11,924 nt of DNA from Candidatus Zixiibacteriota bacterium (GCA_041742355.1 JBGSIV010000131.1:1-11924), one strand, 5' to 3'; numbered from the stretch's first letter, positions 1-9,600 are shown. Program-made: numbers and translations. The notes: generated by a model from the sequence alone, not told the origin.

Positions 1-623
1 ATCTTGGTCGCGAGCTGCCCCATGGAGAGCTGCTTCACCTCGCCGTTTTCCTCGAACGCCTCGCGCAGGTCGCCGGCCATCTTGTCGTACAGACGGTGCC
101 AGGCGTGGTAGCCGTTGACCGCCAGATCCAGCGCCAGTTCCTCTTTCTCGACCGGCATTTTTTTCCGGGCGATCGTGCGCACCTCATTGAGGAAGAAGCT
201 GATTCCCTTCAGGTCGGGGCTTTCTAAAAGCGCGTTCCACTCGGTGTCGCTCTGACGGAGCGAAAGCGCTTCGAGGCGGGTCATGAACTTGCGCCACCGG
301 GCGACATACTCGTCCCCCTCGCCTTCGGCAGCGTGGGCGAGGGCATCGCTGACATTCTGCGCGGTCAAACACCCGGCGAACGACAGCACGAGCTCGATAT
401 CGGCCAGCACATTTTGCAGCGCGAGGATAGCGGCGGTCCACTGCGGACGAGCCGGGGCGTTCAACTGCTCGGGTAAAGCATCGATCAGTTGTCCGGTGTT
501 GTCGAGCTTGGTCGTGAGCTGGTCGCGGAAGGCCTTGTACTCTTTTGAGGCGCTGCCGCCGGGGAAGATCGACTCGAGATCCCAGGTCGGCGCGGTCGGT
601 ATTTTTGTCGCGGGTTGAGCCAT
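1..623 (-). CDS. M3B-family oligoendopeptidase (PepF-like), N-terminal ~207 aa; continues beyond the left edge
   Basis: Translated by hand from the ATG at 623-621: MAQPATKIPTAPTWDLESIFPGGSASKEY...KMPVEKEELALDLAVNGYHAWHRLYDKMAGDL...LSMGQLATK, open to position 1. The N-terminal WDL(E/D)SIFPGGS and the LAV(N/D)GYHAW..LY segment resemble M3B oligoendopeptidases. A GGAG Shine-Dalgarno lies at 636-633. The HEXXH site would be outside the window. Confidence 0.85.
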   Translation of the reverse strand, partial: MAQPATKIPTAPTWDLESIFPGGSASKEYKAFRDQLTTKLDNTGQLIDALPEQLNAPARPQWTAAILALQNVLADIELVLSFAGCLTAQNVSDALAHAAEGEGDEYVARWRKFMTRLEALSLRQSDTEWNALLESPDLKGISFFLNEVRTIARKKMPVEKEELALDLAVNGYHAWHRLYDKMAGDLREAFEENGEVKQLSMGQLATK

Positions 624-673
624 AAACAGTAACTCCGAAAAGGGGAGGTTAACACACTACATCATGTACGGGG

Positions 674-702
674 AAAATAGGGAAATAGCGGGGAGAAGGC
701 AA
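674..702 (-). promoter_or_regulatory. Putative sigma70-type promoter for the oligoendopeptidase gene
   Basis: On the minus strand: TTGCCT (702-697), a 17-nt spacer, then TATTTT (679-674), about 50 nt upstream of the start codon. Confidence 0.5.
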
Positions 703-725
703 GGGGGGGTGCCGGGGGTTTACGG

Positions 726-754
726 TTGATGCTGCCCGTTTGGGATCGTATATT
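726..754 (+). promoter_or_regulatory. Putative sigma70-type promoter for the hypothetical gene, divergent from the peptidase promoter
   Basis: TTGATG (726-731), a 17-nt spacer, then TATATT (749-754). A GGAGG SD follows at 788-792 and an ATG at 799. Confidence 0.55.
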
Positions 755-798
755 TTGCCGGAAACGACACTCCGAAGAAGCGTTTGGGGAGGTTTCTC

Positions 799-1367
799 AT
801 GAGCTTGTCGCTACTCGACCGGCGACATTTGTCTTCGCGGTGGCCAATGATTGCATTGTTGATCGTTCCCATGCTCCTGTCTTCCGGGTTCGCGCAATCA
901 GTAAATCCTGCGGACCCCTGTGGCTGGAGCCGGGCGATCGATTCCAACCTCGCTGCCGGCATGAAGATGGAAATTGATACGGGCGGGGAGACTCCAATCA
1001 AAGGTCACATGAACGCGATGCGTGCGCAGCAGGCGCTGCTGATCGTCGGCCGCACGCGAGACTTCTACACTGAGTTGGACTCTGTTCCGCTGGGCGAGAT
1101 TTCGAAGATCCGGTACTGGGAGTCGACGGAGGCACATCCGGAATGGGCGGCTTTGATCGGCCTCGCAGGTTTCGCCGCCGGTTTCTTCATCGGCTATGCC
1201 ATTGAGCGCGACTTCAGCAGGACGGGACTGACGCTGGGGGGCTGGGGTTCATTGGAGCATTTGTGATAGGACCGCGCATTCCGACCCACCACACGTTGAA
1301 CTGCCAGGCGGTTACTCGCGAAGGCACATTAGGCTCTGCTTCCGACAGACTGGATTCCCCAGAATGA
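799..1367 (+). CDS. Hypothetical secreted/membrane protein with a C-terminal glycine-rich TM hairpin; apparently frameshifted at G6 (1236-1241). As written the frame stops at 1266.
   Basis: GGAGG SD then ATG 799. Signal-peptide-like MIALLIVPMLLSSGFAQ, a small beta-rich domain, and TM segment WAALIGLAGFAAGFFIGYAI. Adding one G to the run gives TGLTLGGLGFIGAFVIGPRIPTHHTLNCQAVTREGTLGSASDRLDSPE*, with TGA at 1365-1367. Confidence 0.6.
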
Positions 1368-1395
1368 AGAACGGGCGGATCTTTCGACCCGCCCG
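1361..1395 (-). terminator. Intrinsic terminator downstream of the POT transporter; may also serve the convergent plus-strand gene
   Basis: Minus-strand RNA CGGGCGGGUC-GAAA-GAUCCGCCCG forms a 10-bp stem with one G-U pair and a GNRA loop (1395-1372), followed by UUCUUCAUUCU. It lies 23 nt after the transporter stop. Confidence 0.75.
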
Positions 1396-1418
1396 ATACT
1401 ATTTGCATCAGTTACGAT

Positions 1419-2897
1419 CTACGCGTTCGCCCCGACGTCCTTCTTCACCCACCACGAATACCAGATCATCGCCACCGCCGAAATCAACCCGACTGCGGCA
1501 AACTGATACCATAGTTTATAGGGGTGATAGGTGTTCCAGAGCAAGTCGGTCGCCTGCTGCGCCGATAGCCCGCTGACCTCCTGCAATTTGGCAAACGTCT
1601 CGGTCCGGGCTACATCGACCATCTGGTACTTGTCGGCAAGGTAATCGGCCGCCAGCTTGGCCTTTTCCCCCATGTTGCCGTAAACCTGCCCGCCATACAG
1701 CGAGCCGTAGGTCCATCCGACAGCGAGCGGAACGTTGGCGTACCCCATGTACAGCCCCTTCTGGCCCTCCGGTGCGATTACCCCGAGGTACTCGTTCATC
1801 TTGGGGGAGGAGAGCATTTCGCCCACCGAAAAGACCAGGATGCCGAGGATACAGAACATGCCGGCGGTCGTGAACCCGGCCAGCACCAGGCCGACCGAGG
1901 AGATCGTAATCCCGATCGTTATCGAATGAACCCGCCGTAGCCGTGAGACCATCCACGAAAGCGGCACGACCAGCAGGATAATCAGCCCGGCATTGGCGTT
2001 GATCATCCACTCCTGCGACAACTGCGGCCCCCGGTCGGAATTGAGCTGGAGCATCCAGTCGGGCAATCCGAGCGATGCCACCAGCGCCGAGGAATCGACC
2101 CAGTCGACGATGAAGTTCGGGAGCATATCGAACAGCTGCATGAACATGAGCCAGAAGCCGCTCATGATGAGGATGAAGATCACCAGCTTCGCATTCATGA
2201 AGTTCCGGCCGGTCAGGGCCAGAATGTGCAGCGGTCCGCCCTTCTGCTCACCGCCGGCATGCACTTCTTTATAAGTGAAGAGCATGAGGTAGTTGAGCGA
2301 AATGATCCCGGCGCAACCATAGAATACCGCCGGCCACGAGATGCCGTAGAAGAAGTGCGCCAGCGGCGGCCCAAGGAACCCGCCGATATTGACCAGCATG
2401 TAGAATGTCCCCCAGCCGATCGAGGAATTCTTGTCGTTGAGCGTGCGCACCAGTGTTCCCTGCACGCCCGGTTTGAACACCGCCGTGCCGAACGCAAGCA
2501 AACAGACGCCGCCGAGGAAAGCCCAGAAGTCCCGCTGCGTGGCCATCATCAGGTAGCCGATGATCTTGACCGTAAAGGAAAAGGCCATCGTCTTCTTGTA
2601 GCCGTAGCGGTCGGCGAACCCGCCCGAGAACATCGGCACGAGCGATTGCACGATCGCCCAGATGGCGAAAATCCAGCCCTTCTCGGCCTGTGTAAAATGC
2701 AGGCCGCCCGGTTCATCCGCCTGGGCGATGTAAATGGGGATGACGACCCGGACACCATAGTAGGCAAGACGCTCGAACATCTCGATGATGTTGGCCATCC
2801 AGAAGGGCCGGGGGAGGGACGTGAGCTGGCTGAACAGCCCCTGCTTCGGGGGGGGAACAGCTTCCGCGGCCGGCGGGGCCGGCACAGTTGACGGCAT
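1419..2897 (-). CDS. POT/PTR-family proton-dependent oligopeptide transporter (MFS), 492 aa
   Basis: TM1 carries the POT signature ExxERxxYY (IEMFERLAYYG). Also present: MFS motif A-like GGFADRYGYKK, FKP in TM4, FYMLVNIGGFLGP in TM5, GEMLSSP in TM10, and about 12 hydrophobic segments. AGGAGG at 2907-2902 favours ATG 2897 over the track's TTG 2936. Confidence 0.9.
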   Translation of the reverse strand: MPSTVPAPPAAEAVPPPKQGLFSQLTSLPRPFWMANIIEMFERLAYYGVRVVIPIYIAQADEPGGLHFTQAEKGWIFAIWAIVQSLVPMFSGGFADRYGYKKTMAFSFTVKIIGYLMMATQRDFWAFLGGVCLLAFGTAVFKPGVQGTLVRTLNDKNSSIGWGTFYMLVNIGGFLGPPLAHFFYGISWPAVFYGCAGIISLNYLMLFTYKEVHAGGEQKGGPLHILALTGRNFMNAKLVIFILIMSGFWLMFMQLFDMLPNFIVDWVDSSALVASLGLPDWMLQLNSDRGPQLSQEWMINANAGLIILLVVPLSWMVSRLRRVHSITIGITISSVGLVLAGFTTAGMFCILGILVFSVGEMLSSPKMNEYLGVIAPEGQKGLYMGYANVPLAVGWTYGSLYGGQVYGNMGEKAKLAADYLADKYQMVDVARTETFAKLQEVSGLSAQQATDLLWNTYHPYKLWYQFAAVGLISAVAMIWYSWWVKKDVGANA

Positions 2898-2981
2898 GTG
2901 ACCTCCTGATGTATATAGTCGTAACCGCTGCGTCAATTAACGCGGTCGGAGCGGCAAACGCAATTAAATCGTGTGGTGCGT

Positions 2982-3269
2982 ATGATTGACGATGATAATG
3001 TTGACCCTATCGAATACCCGATCGACGGGACCCTCGATCTGCACATGTTCACGCCGGAAGATACCAAAGAGGTCGTCGAGGAGTACATCCGCGAGTGCCT
3101 CGCCCGGAAAATCTACGCCCTGCGGATTGTCCACGGCAAGGGGATCGGCGTCAAGCGCCGCATTGTCCACAGTCTGCTGGAAAATCACCCCCGTGTCATC
3201 CGCTTCCGCCACGAGGAGGGCTCGGGCGGCTCCTGGGGGGCGACCGTGGTCGACCTGAAACCGGACTGA
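2982..3269 (+). CDS. Stand-alone Smr (small MutS-related) domain protein, putative endonuclease, 95 aa
   Basis: Motifs TLDLH, RIVHGKGIG and GGSWGATVVDL are the standard Smr-domain motifs. Start is ATG 2982, with GTG 2973 as an alternative; there is no clear SD. Confidence 0.9.
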   Translation: MIDDDNVDPIEYPIDGTLDLHMFTPEDTKEVVEEYIRECLARKIYALRIVHGKGIGVKRRIVHSLLENHPRVIRFRHEEGSGGSWGATVVDLKPD

Positions 3270-3275
3270 CCCGTA

Positions 3276-3316
3276 ACAAACAAACCCCGTGGATGAGGCT
3301 CACGGGGTTTGTTTGT
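3276..3316. terminator. Bidirectional intrinsic terminator between the convergent smr and giant-protein genes
   Basis: Perfect 16-bp inverted repeat ACAAACAAACCCCGTG (3276-3291) / CACGGGGTTTGTTTGT (3301-3316) around a 9-nt loop, giving a UUUGUUUGU tail in both directions. Confidence 0.85.
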
Positions 3317-3363
3317 GGTGGAAGGTCCCCCTCTGGGACTTCCTTCCATGGAGCGCGATGGCC

Positions 3364-3630
3364 TTACTTGAGCAGGACCATCTTCCTGGTGGCGGTGAAC
3401 TCTCCAGCCGACAGACGATAGAGGTACACGCCGGAAGCGTACTTGCCGGCGTCCCATTCCACTTTCATGTATCCGGCGTCGTCTTCACCCTTGAGCGTGT
3501 GGACCGTCTGGCCGAGCACGTTGTAGATCGTGATCTTCCAATCGGTCGTTTTCGGAAGGGCGAATTCGATCGTGGTCGTCGGGTTGAACGGGTTCGGGTA
3601 GTTCTGGTACAGCTCAAAGCGATCGGGCAG
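3364..3630 (-). other. T9SS type-A (Por secretion) C-terminal sorting domain / FlgD-Ig-like domain of the giant protein
   Basis: LPDRFELYQNYPNPFNPTTTIEFALP...ITIYNVLGQTV...VEWDAGKYASGVYLYRLSAGEFTATRKMVLLK contains the YPNP, IY(N/D)xxG, SGxY and terminal KxxxxK motifs. Confidence 0.9.
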
Positions 3631-6600
3631 CGTGTTGACCTTCGCGCCGAGCACGAAGCCGTCGAATGCGCCGACATCGATCGTCTTGATCGCCAGGGCA
3701 TGGCCGAGATCCAGGACCTTGCCGCCCTTGAGCGTGTGCGTGCCCTCGAAGTTGTAGATGAGGACTCGCGTCTCGGACCCGTCGAAGCTGTACCGCATGT
3801 CCATTCCCTGAGCATCGGGCAGCAGACCGGGCGTCACCTCGCCGTCGAGCGTCAGCGCGATAGCGCCGATCAGGTAGTCGGTCTGCTTGATCTCCAGCAC
3901 GCCGTTGACCAGCGCAAACTCCACCTGGTTTGACATGCTCGGATCGAGCTTCGGCAGCGGCGGTGTGTCACCGACGATGACGCGGATCAGGTAGACCAGG
4001 TCGGCTACCGACAGCGGGATACCGTCGGCGTTGACATCCGAGGCGGCCACTTGGGCCTCGTAGTGGTCAAATACACCGATACCGTAGACGAAGAAGTTGC
4101 TGTACAGCACTGCGTCGGCGATTTCGTAGGCCGTCCCGTTGAGGTTGAGGTCACCCCGGTCGTCGATACTGTCCGCGCAGATGATGTCGACTCCGCCGTT
4201 GGTGAAGTCCACGCAGCGGACATTTGAGGGCTTTCCGGGGCCGCCATTGGTAATGCACTGGTCGGGAGCGCCCAGGAACCCGGGGAGCGAACCCATCGTA
4301 TTGGTCAGCTCATTCAGCTCGAAGTCGAACACGCGCCGTGAGATCCAGAGCGTGTCGCCCGACTGCGAGGAGAACGTGTTGTCGCCGCAGTCGACCCAGA
4401 AGAATCGGATCGGCACGTACTGGCACTCGAGGTTCCGGTCGTTGGAAACCATGAAGCTGAGTTGTGCGAGCGGGCCGACCATGTCCTTGATGAAGCAGCC
4501 GGGGTGATTCGCGCCGTTGTTGGTTTCGGCAATCGCCACCAGCCGGACCAGGCCGCTCGGGCAACCGGAGCAGTTGCCATCGGGACCCTGGCGGTAGGTG
4601 AAGTATTCCCAGCCGCACTGGGTCAGGAGATCGCCCGGGCTGGCACCATTGAAGAGGAGCGCGGTCGGATCATACTGGACCAGGAGGTCGTATCCGCCGA
4701 GGGCTTTGCCGGAACCCTGCTGGAAGATCTGAACCGTCTCGTGCTCACCCTGGTAGGCGTTGTGCGTCTTCTCGATCTGCACGTGGATGCACTCATCGAT
4801 CGCCACATTGATGCAGATCGTATCGACCTTCGCTTCGCCGCAGCCGTCGGTTGCCGTTACCACGAAGCAGTAGATGCCGGAGGTGTCGGCGAAGAAGCAG
4901 GCCTCGTTGCCCGACATCGTCGCCGGCTCCGTCACCGTCACGCTCGACAGGTTGTTGTCGATATCAGTCGCCACCGCATTGAAGCAGAGCTCACCCGGGA
5001 AGTCGAGGAAGACCGCGAAGTCCGGTGTGACCGTGAGCGCCGGCGGGTGGTTGTACTTGACTGTAACCACAGTGGTGTCGCGCACTATCCGACCGCAGGC
5101 ATCGGAGGCCTCGACGATAACCGGGTAGGCCGTCTGGCCGGCGATCGCATTGAAACACACCTGGCCGGTCGAGTAGGTCGCTCCGACCGGCGAAATGACC
5201 GTCGTGGACACGAGGTTCCCCTCGTCGTCGGTCACCGCCACCGGGCGGCACACCTGCTGCGGACCGCAAAGGAAGAGGGTCGTATCGATTCCGGCAGCCA
5301 CCACCGGCTGCTCGTTCACTTCAAACGTGACGGTGAACTGATCCTGGCAGACCAGTCCGCACGAGTCGATGCAGAGGATTTGCACCGTGACCGTCTGATC
5401 GGCCGAAGGCGTGTAGACCCACTCGCTCCCCTGGATCGTACCGGGGCCGGTGAGGATTTCACACCGATCGAAGTTGCCGTCGGCATCGGTCGCGCTCACC
5501 GGCAGTTTCACCTGGGTCGGCGAACACTGCGCGATGGCCGTGTCGTTCGGAATGTGGCAGACCGGCGCATCGTTGAGATTGACCGTCACCACCACCGTAT
5601 CCTGGTCAGACACGCCGCACAGGTCGACCGTCCGCAGGATGAACCGGTAGACACCGGCCGTGTCGGGCGTGAAGCAGATCTCGTTGCCGCTGTAGTAACC
5701 GGCGGGCGTGATCACCGAGCAGCTGTCGAGATTGCCATCCGGGTCGGCACACGAGGCCGGCCAGCACAGCTCGACCGCCGCGCACATAAAGACCTGCTGG
5801 TCAGCGCCGGCATTGGCCGTCGGGGCGTCGTTCAGGTCAACCACGACATCGAGCGTATCCATGCCCGTGCGACCGCAGGCGTCGGTCACCCGCATGATGA
5901 AGCGGTAGGTGCCGGCAGTGTCAGGCGTGAAGCAGAACCGGTTGAGCACGGTGTCGAGCACCGCGCTGCCCGAAAGCAGCTCCTCCAGCACGATGTTGTT
6001 GTCGGGATCGGTGACCGTGTAAACCGGGCACTGCTCCTCGGAATTGCACTGGAAGACATTGAGCTTATTGACCTTGTTGCCGCCGAGGTCGACCACCGGC
6101 GGACGGTTCAGCGTGATCGTGTAGCTGAGCGTGGTCGTGTCGGCCAGGCCGCAGGGGTCGGTCGCTTTGACCACCACCGAATACGTTCCCGCTTCGGTCG
6201 GGGTGAAGCACCAGACTCCCGCCGCCGTGACTGTCCCCGCACCGCTCAAACGCGACCAGGTCAGGTTGTCGTTGTCGATGTCGGTCGCCGTGAAGGTATA
6301 GCAGATCTGGCCGACCGCACACACGAAGGAGTCGACCGGAGCCGGCTGATCGGCAATCGGCGCCGAGTTGATATTCACGTCGGCTACCACGATACAGGTG
6401 TCGGCGCCGCAGTCGGTGGACACGATTACGGTCAGTTCATAGTGGCCGGTCGTATCCGCCATGAAACAGACATTGCCGCCGGAGTACCAGCCGATCGGGC
6501 TGACCGTCACCACATCGCCGCGTGTGACCACTGTCACCGGAACGCAGACGGTGTCGGGAGCGCAGATGTCAAACGATTGCGGGTCCGGGCAGGTGATCTG

Positions 6601-9600
6601 CGTCATCGGACGGATATTCACGTTGAACGTGATGATACAGGTATCGGTGTTGCAGTAAGTCGCCGCGATGACGGTATCGACATACGTGCCGCTGGCGCCG
6701 GCATAGAAGCACAGCTCGCCACCGGCATACGTGCCGAGCTTGCTGGTCACCACCGCATCGACCGGCAGGATTGTCAGGTCGTAGCAGACCTGCCCGGGGT
6801 CGCAGAGCGTTACGGCGATCGGGTCGGTCGGACACGCAATCTCGGCGAACTGGCGGAACTCGATGTGCACGACCAGCGTGTCCGCATCGACTGTGCCGCA
6901 GGAGTCGGCGACCTGCAGAATGAACTGGTAATCGCCGGGGCTCGGCGGCGTGAAGCAGATGCTGTTGATCGAAGTATCGATCGTGCCGTAGCCGGCCAGC
7001 ATCGTTTCGGTCAGCTTCGTGCCGTCAGGATCAACGGCTGTGTAGTTGAAGCACACCTGTTCCGGCCCGCACGAGAGCACGGGGAAGTTGTTCGGCAGCT
7101 GTGCGATCGGAGCCTGGTTGTTGGTCACCGTGATCACGACCGTATCGGCCACCAGGACACCGCAGGCATCAGTCGCCCGCAGGATGAACTGGTAGTTGCC
7201 GTTCGCACCCGGTGTGAAACAGATCTCCGAGCCGTCAAAGGTCCCGGCCCCGAGCAACTCGGTCGACGACAGGTTGGCATCGATATCGATCACCGATGCC
7301 GGCCAGCAGACGGGCGTGCCGGGTTGGCAGAGGAAGACGCTCTGGTTGGGACCGGCATTGACCACCGGTGCGCTGTTGACCTGCACCGTCACATTGATCG
7401 TATCGCGATCCTTTACCCCACACTGGTCTTCAATCTGCACGATGAAGGTAAAGACTCCCGAAGTTGCCGGGGTGAAACAGACCTCCGAATTCATCGGCAT
7501 GACCGTGCCCGATCCGCTCACGAGCGTAATCGTAGCGGTGTTGAGGCCGTCAGAATCCGAGGCAGTGTACGGAATGCAGATGGCGGTGCTCGCGCACTGG
7601 AACTGGTTGACATCCGCGCCGAACGCGATCTGGGGAGCACCGTTGAGGGTCACCTGGTAGGAGAGGGTGGTCGTATCGGCCGCCCCGCAGGCATCGGCTA
7701 CCTGGACCACCACGGTGTAGGTGCCCGTCGTCGTCGGCGTGAAGCACCACTGGCCGGCTGCGCTGACCGACCCCGGTCCGCTCAGGCGGCTCCAGGTGAG
7801 GGCCCCGCCGTTGACATCGCTGGCGGAGAAGGTGTAGCACAGCTGAGCGGGCGTACACTGGAAGGCCGTCTGATTCGTCGGATCAACTGCGATTGGCGCC
7901 GAGTTGATCGTCACCGGCACCCCGAACGTGCACGTATCCGAACCGCAGGCCGTGTTGGCGATAACCGTGATATCATAAGTTCCGGAGGCGTTCGCGACGA
8001 AACAGACGTTTCCGCTGGAGTACCATCCGGTCGGGCTCACTGTCACGCTGACTCCGGTGCCGTTGATGCTTACCGGCACACAGACAGTGTCGACTTCGCA
8101 GAGGAAGACCGGGTCAGGCGTCGGGCAAGTGATGTTGGCCGCCGCGCCTATCTCCACGTCGAAGGTCAGCAGGCAGGTATCTGCGCCGCAGGCCTCGGAA
8201 GCGATCACCTGGATTATGTAAGTCCCGCTCGTGTCCGCCTGGAAGCAGAGCTGGCCTCCGGACCACGTCCCGAAGGAGGTCGTAACCGAGGCCGAACCCG
8301 GAGTTATCGAAAGCATCTGGCAGACCTGATCGGGGCTGCACAGGAAGACCGGAATCGGCTGCGTCGGACACGTTATCACGGCCTCCGGCAGGTACTGGAT
8401 CGTCACCACCAGCGTGTCCTGATCTGTCGCGCCGCAGGAATCGGTCACCTGCACGATGAACTCGTAGCTGCCCGCAGCCGCCGGCGTGAAGCATACTTCG
8501 TTATTCGCCGAATCGAGTGTTCCAAACCCGGAGAGCATGGTCTCGATCAGAATGGTGCCGTCTGCGTCACCGGCTGTGTAGGGGAAGCACAGCGCTTCGG
8601 CTGCACAGAGAGCGATCGTCGTGTCGTTGCCCATCTGTACGGTCGGCGCTTCGTTGATATGCACGGTAATGACAATAGTGTCGGCACGAACCGCCCCGCA
8701 GGCATCGGTGGCCGTCAGGATGTGCTGGTAGACTCCCGACGTCATCGGGCTGAAGCAGATGAAAGTGCCGTCGTGCGTTCCGGGACCGGAGTAGACTACC
8801 GACGAGATATTGCCGTCGGCATCGGTCACCAGCGTCGGGCGGCAGATCTGTGTGCCGGCCTGGCAGAGGGACAGATTCTCGTCAACGCCGAGGGTTACCA
8901 CCGGCGCGGAGTTGAGCGTAACCGACACGTTGATCGTGTCGTAGTCCATCAGGCCGCACTGGTCCTGAATCCGCACGATGAACGTCGACGTACCCGAAAC
9001 CGCCGGCGTAAAGCACACCTGCGAGAGGGTCGTGTTCAGCGTTCCCGGCCCGGAGACCAGAGTCACCGTGGTCGTTCCCAGACCATCCGGATCGGACGCG
9101 TTGTAGGGCAGGCAAACCTGCGTCGGCACGCACTGGAATGCGCTGAAATCCCCGCCGAACGCGATCTGGGGAGCACCGTTGAGGGTCACCTGGTAGGAGA
9201 GGGTGGTCGTATCGGCCGCCCCGCAGGCATCGCTGACTTTTGCTACTACGGTGTAAGTGCCCGTCGTCGTCGGCGTGAAGCACCACTGGCCGGCTGCGCT
9301 GACCGACCCCGGTCCGCTCAGGCGGCTCCAGGTCAGGGTCCCGCCGTTGACATCGCTGGCGGAGAAGGTGTAGCACAACTGGGCGGGCGTGCACTGGAAG
9401 GCCGTCTGATTGGTCGGATCAACTGCGATCGGCGCCGAGTTGATGATCACGTCTGCAACGACCGTGCAGGTATCCGCACCGCAGGTGCCGTTCGCGATAA
9501 CCGTCAGGACATAGTGTCCCGTCGTGTCCGCCGTGAAGCAGACATTTCCGACAGTGTAGGTGCCAATCGGACTCACAATCACTACCGGGCTCGTGCCGCT

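Noticed and set aside
184..618. Track ORFs 184-441 (-) and 283-618 (+)
   Set aside because: Both overlap the oligoendopeptidase frame, which has family motifs and an SD; their translations are uninformative.
1364..2891. Several short ORFs overlapping the POT transporter (e.g. 2226-2891 +, 1516-2010 -)
   Set aside because: Alternative-frame or antisense shadows of a well-supported gene in GC-rich DNA.
2908..2970. Promoter or operator candidates between the POT and smr genes (minus-strand TTGACG at 2936-2931 with TATATA at 2917-2912; CAATTAA repeated at 2934 and 2961)
   Set aside because: The -35/-10 spacing is only 13 nt and the 7-mer repeat is too short to distinguish from chance. Divergent promoters probably lie here but cannot be placed.
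3095..3933. ORFs 3095-3421, 3185-3457 and 3289-3933 spanning the terminator region
   Set aside because: They cross a strong bidirectional terminator and overlap smr or the giant gene's conserved C-terminal domain, with no recognisable protein features.
7617..9444. The near-identical repeat pair as a diversity-generating retroelement TR/VR
   Set aside because: Both copies are in-frame coding modules in mid-protein, mismatches are not restricted to adenines, and there is no reverse transcriptase in the window.
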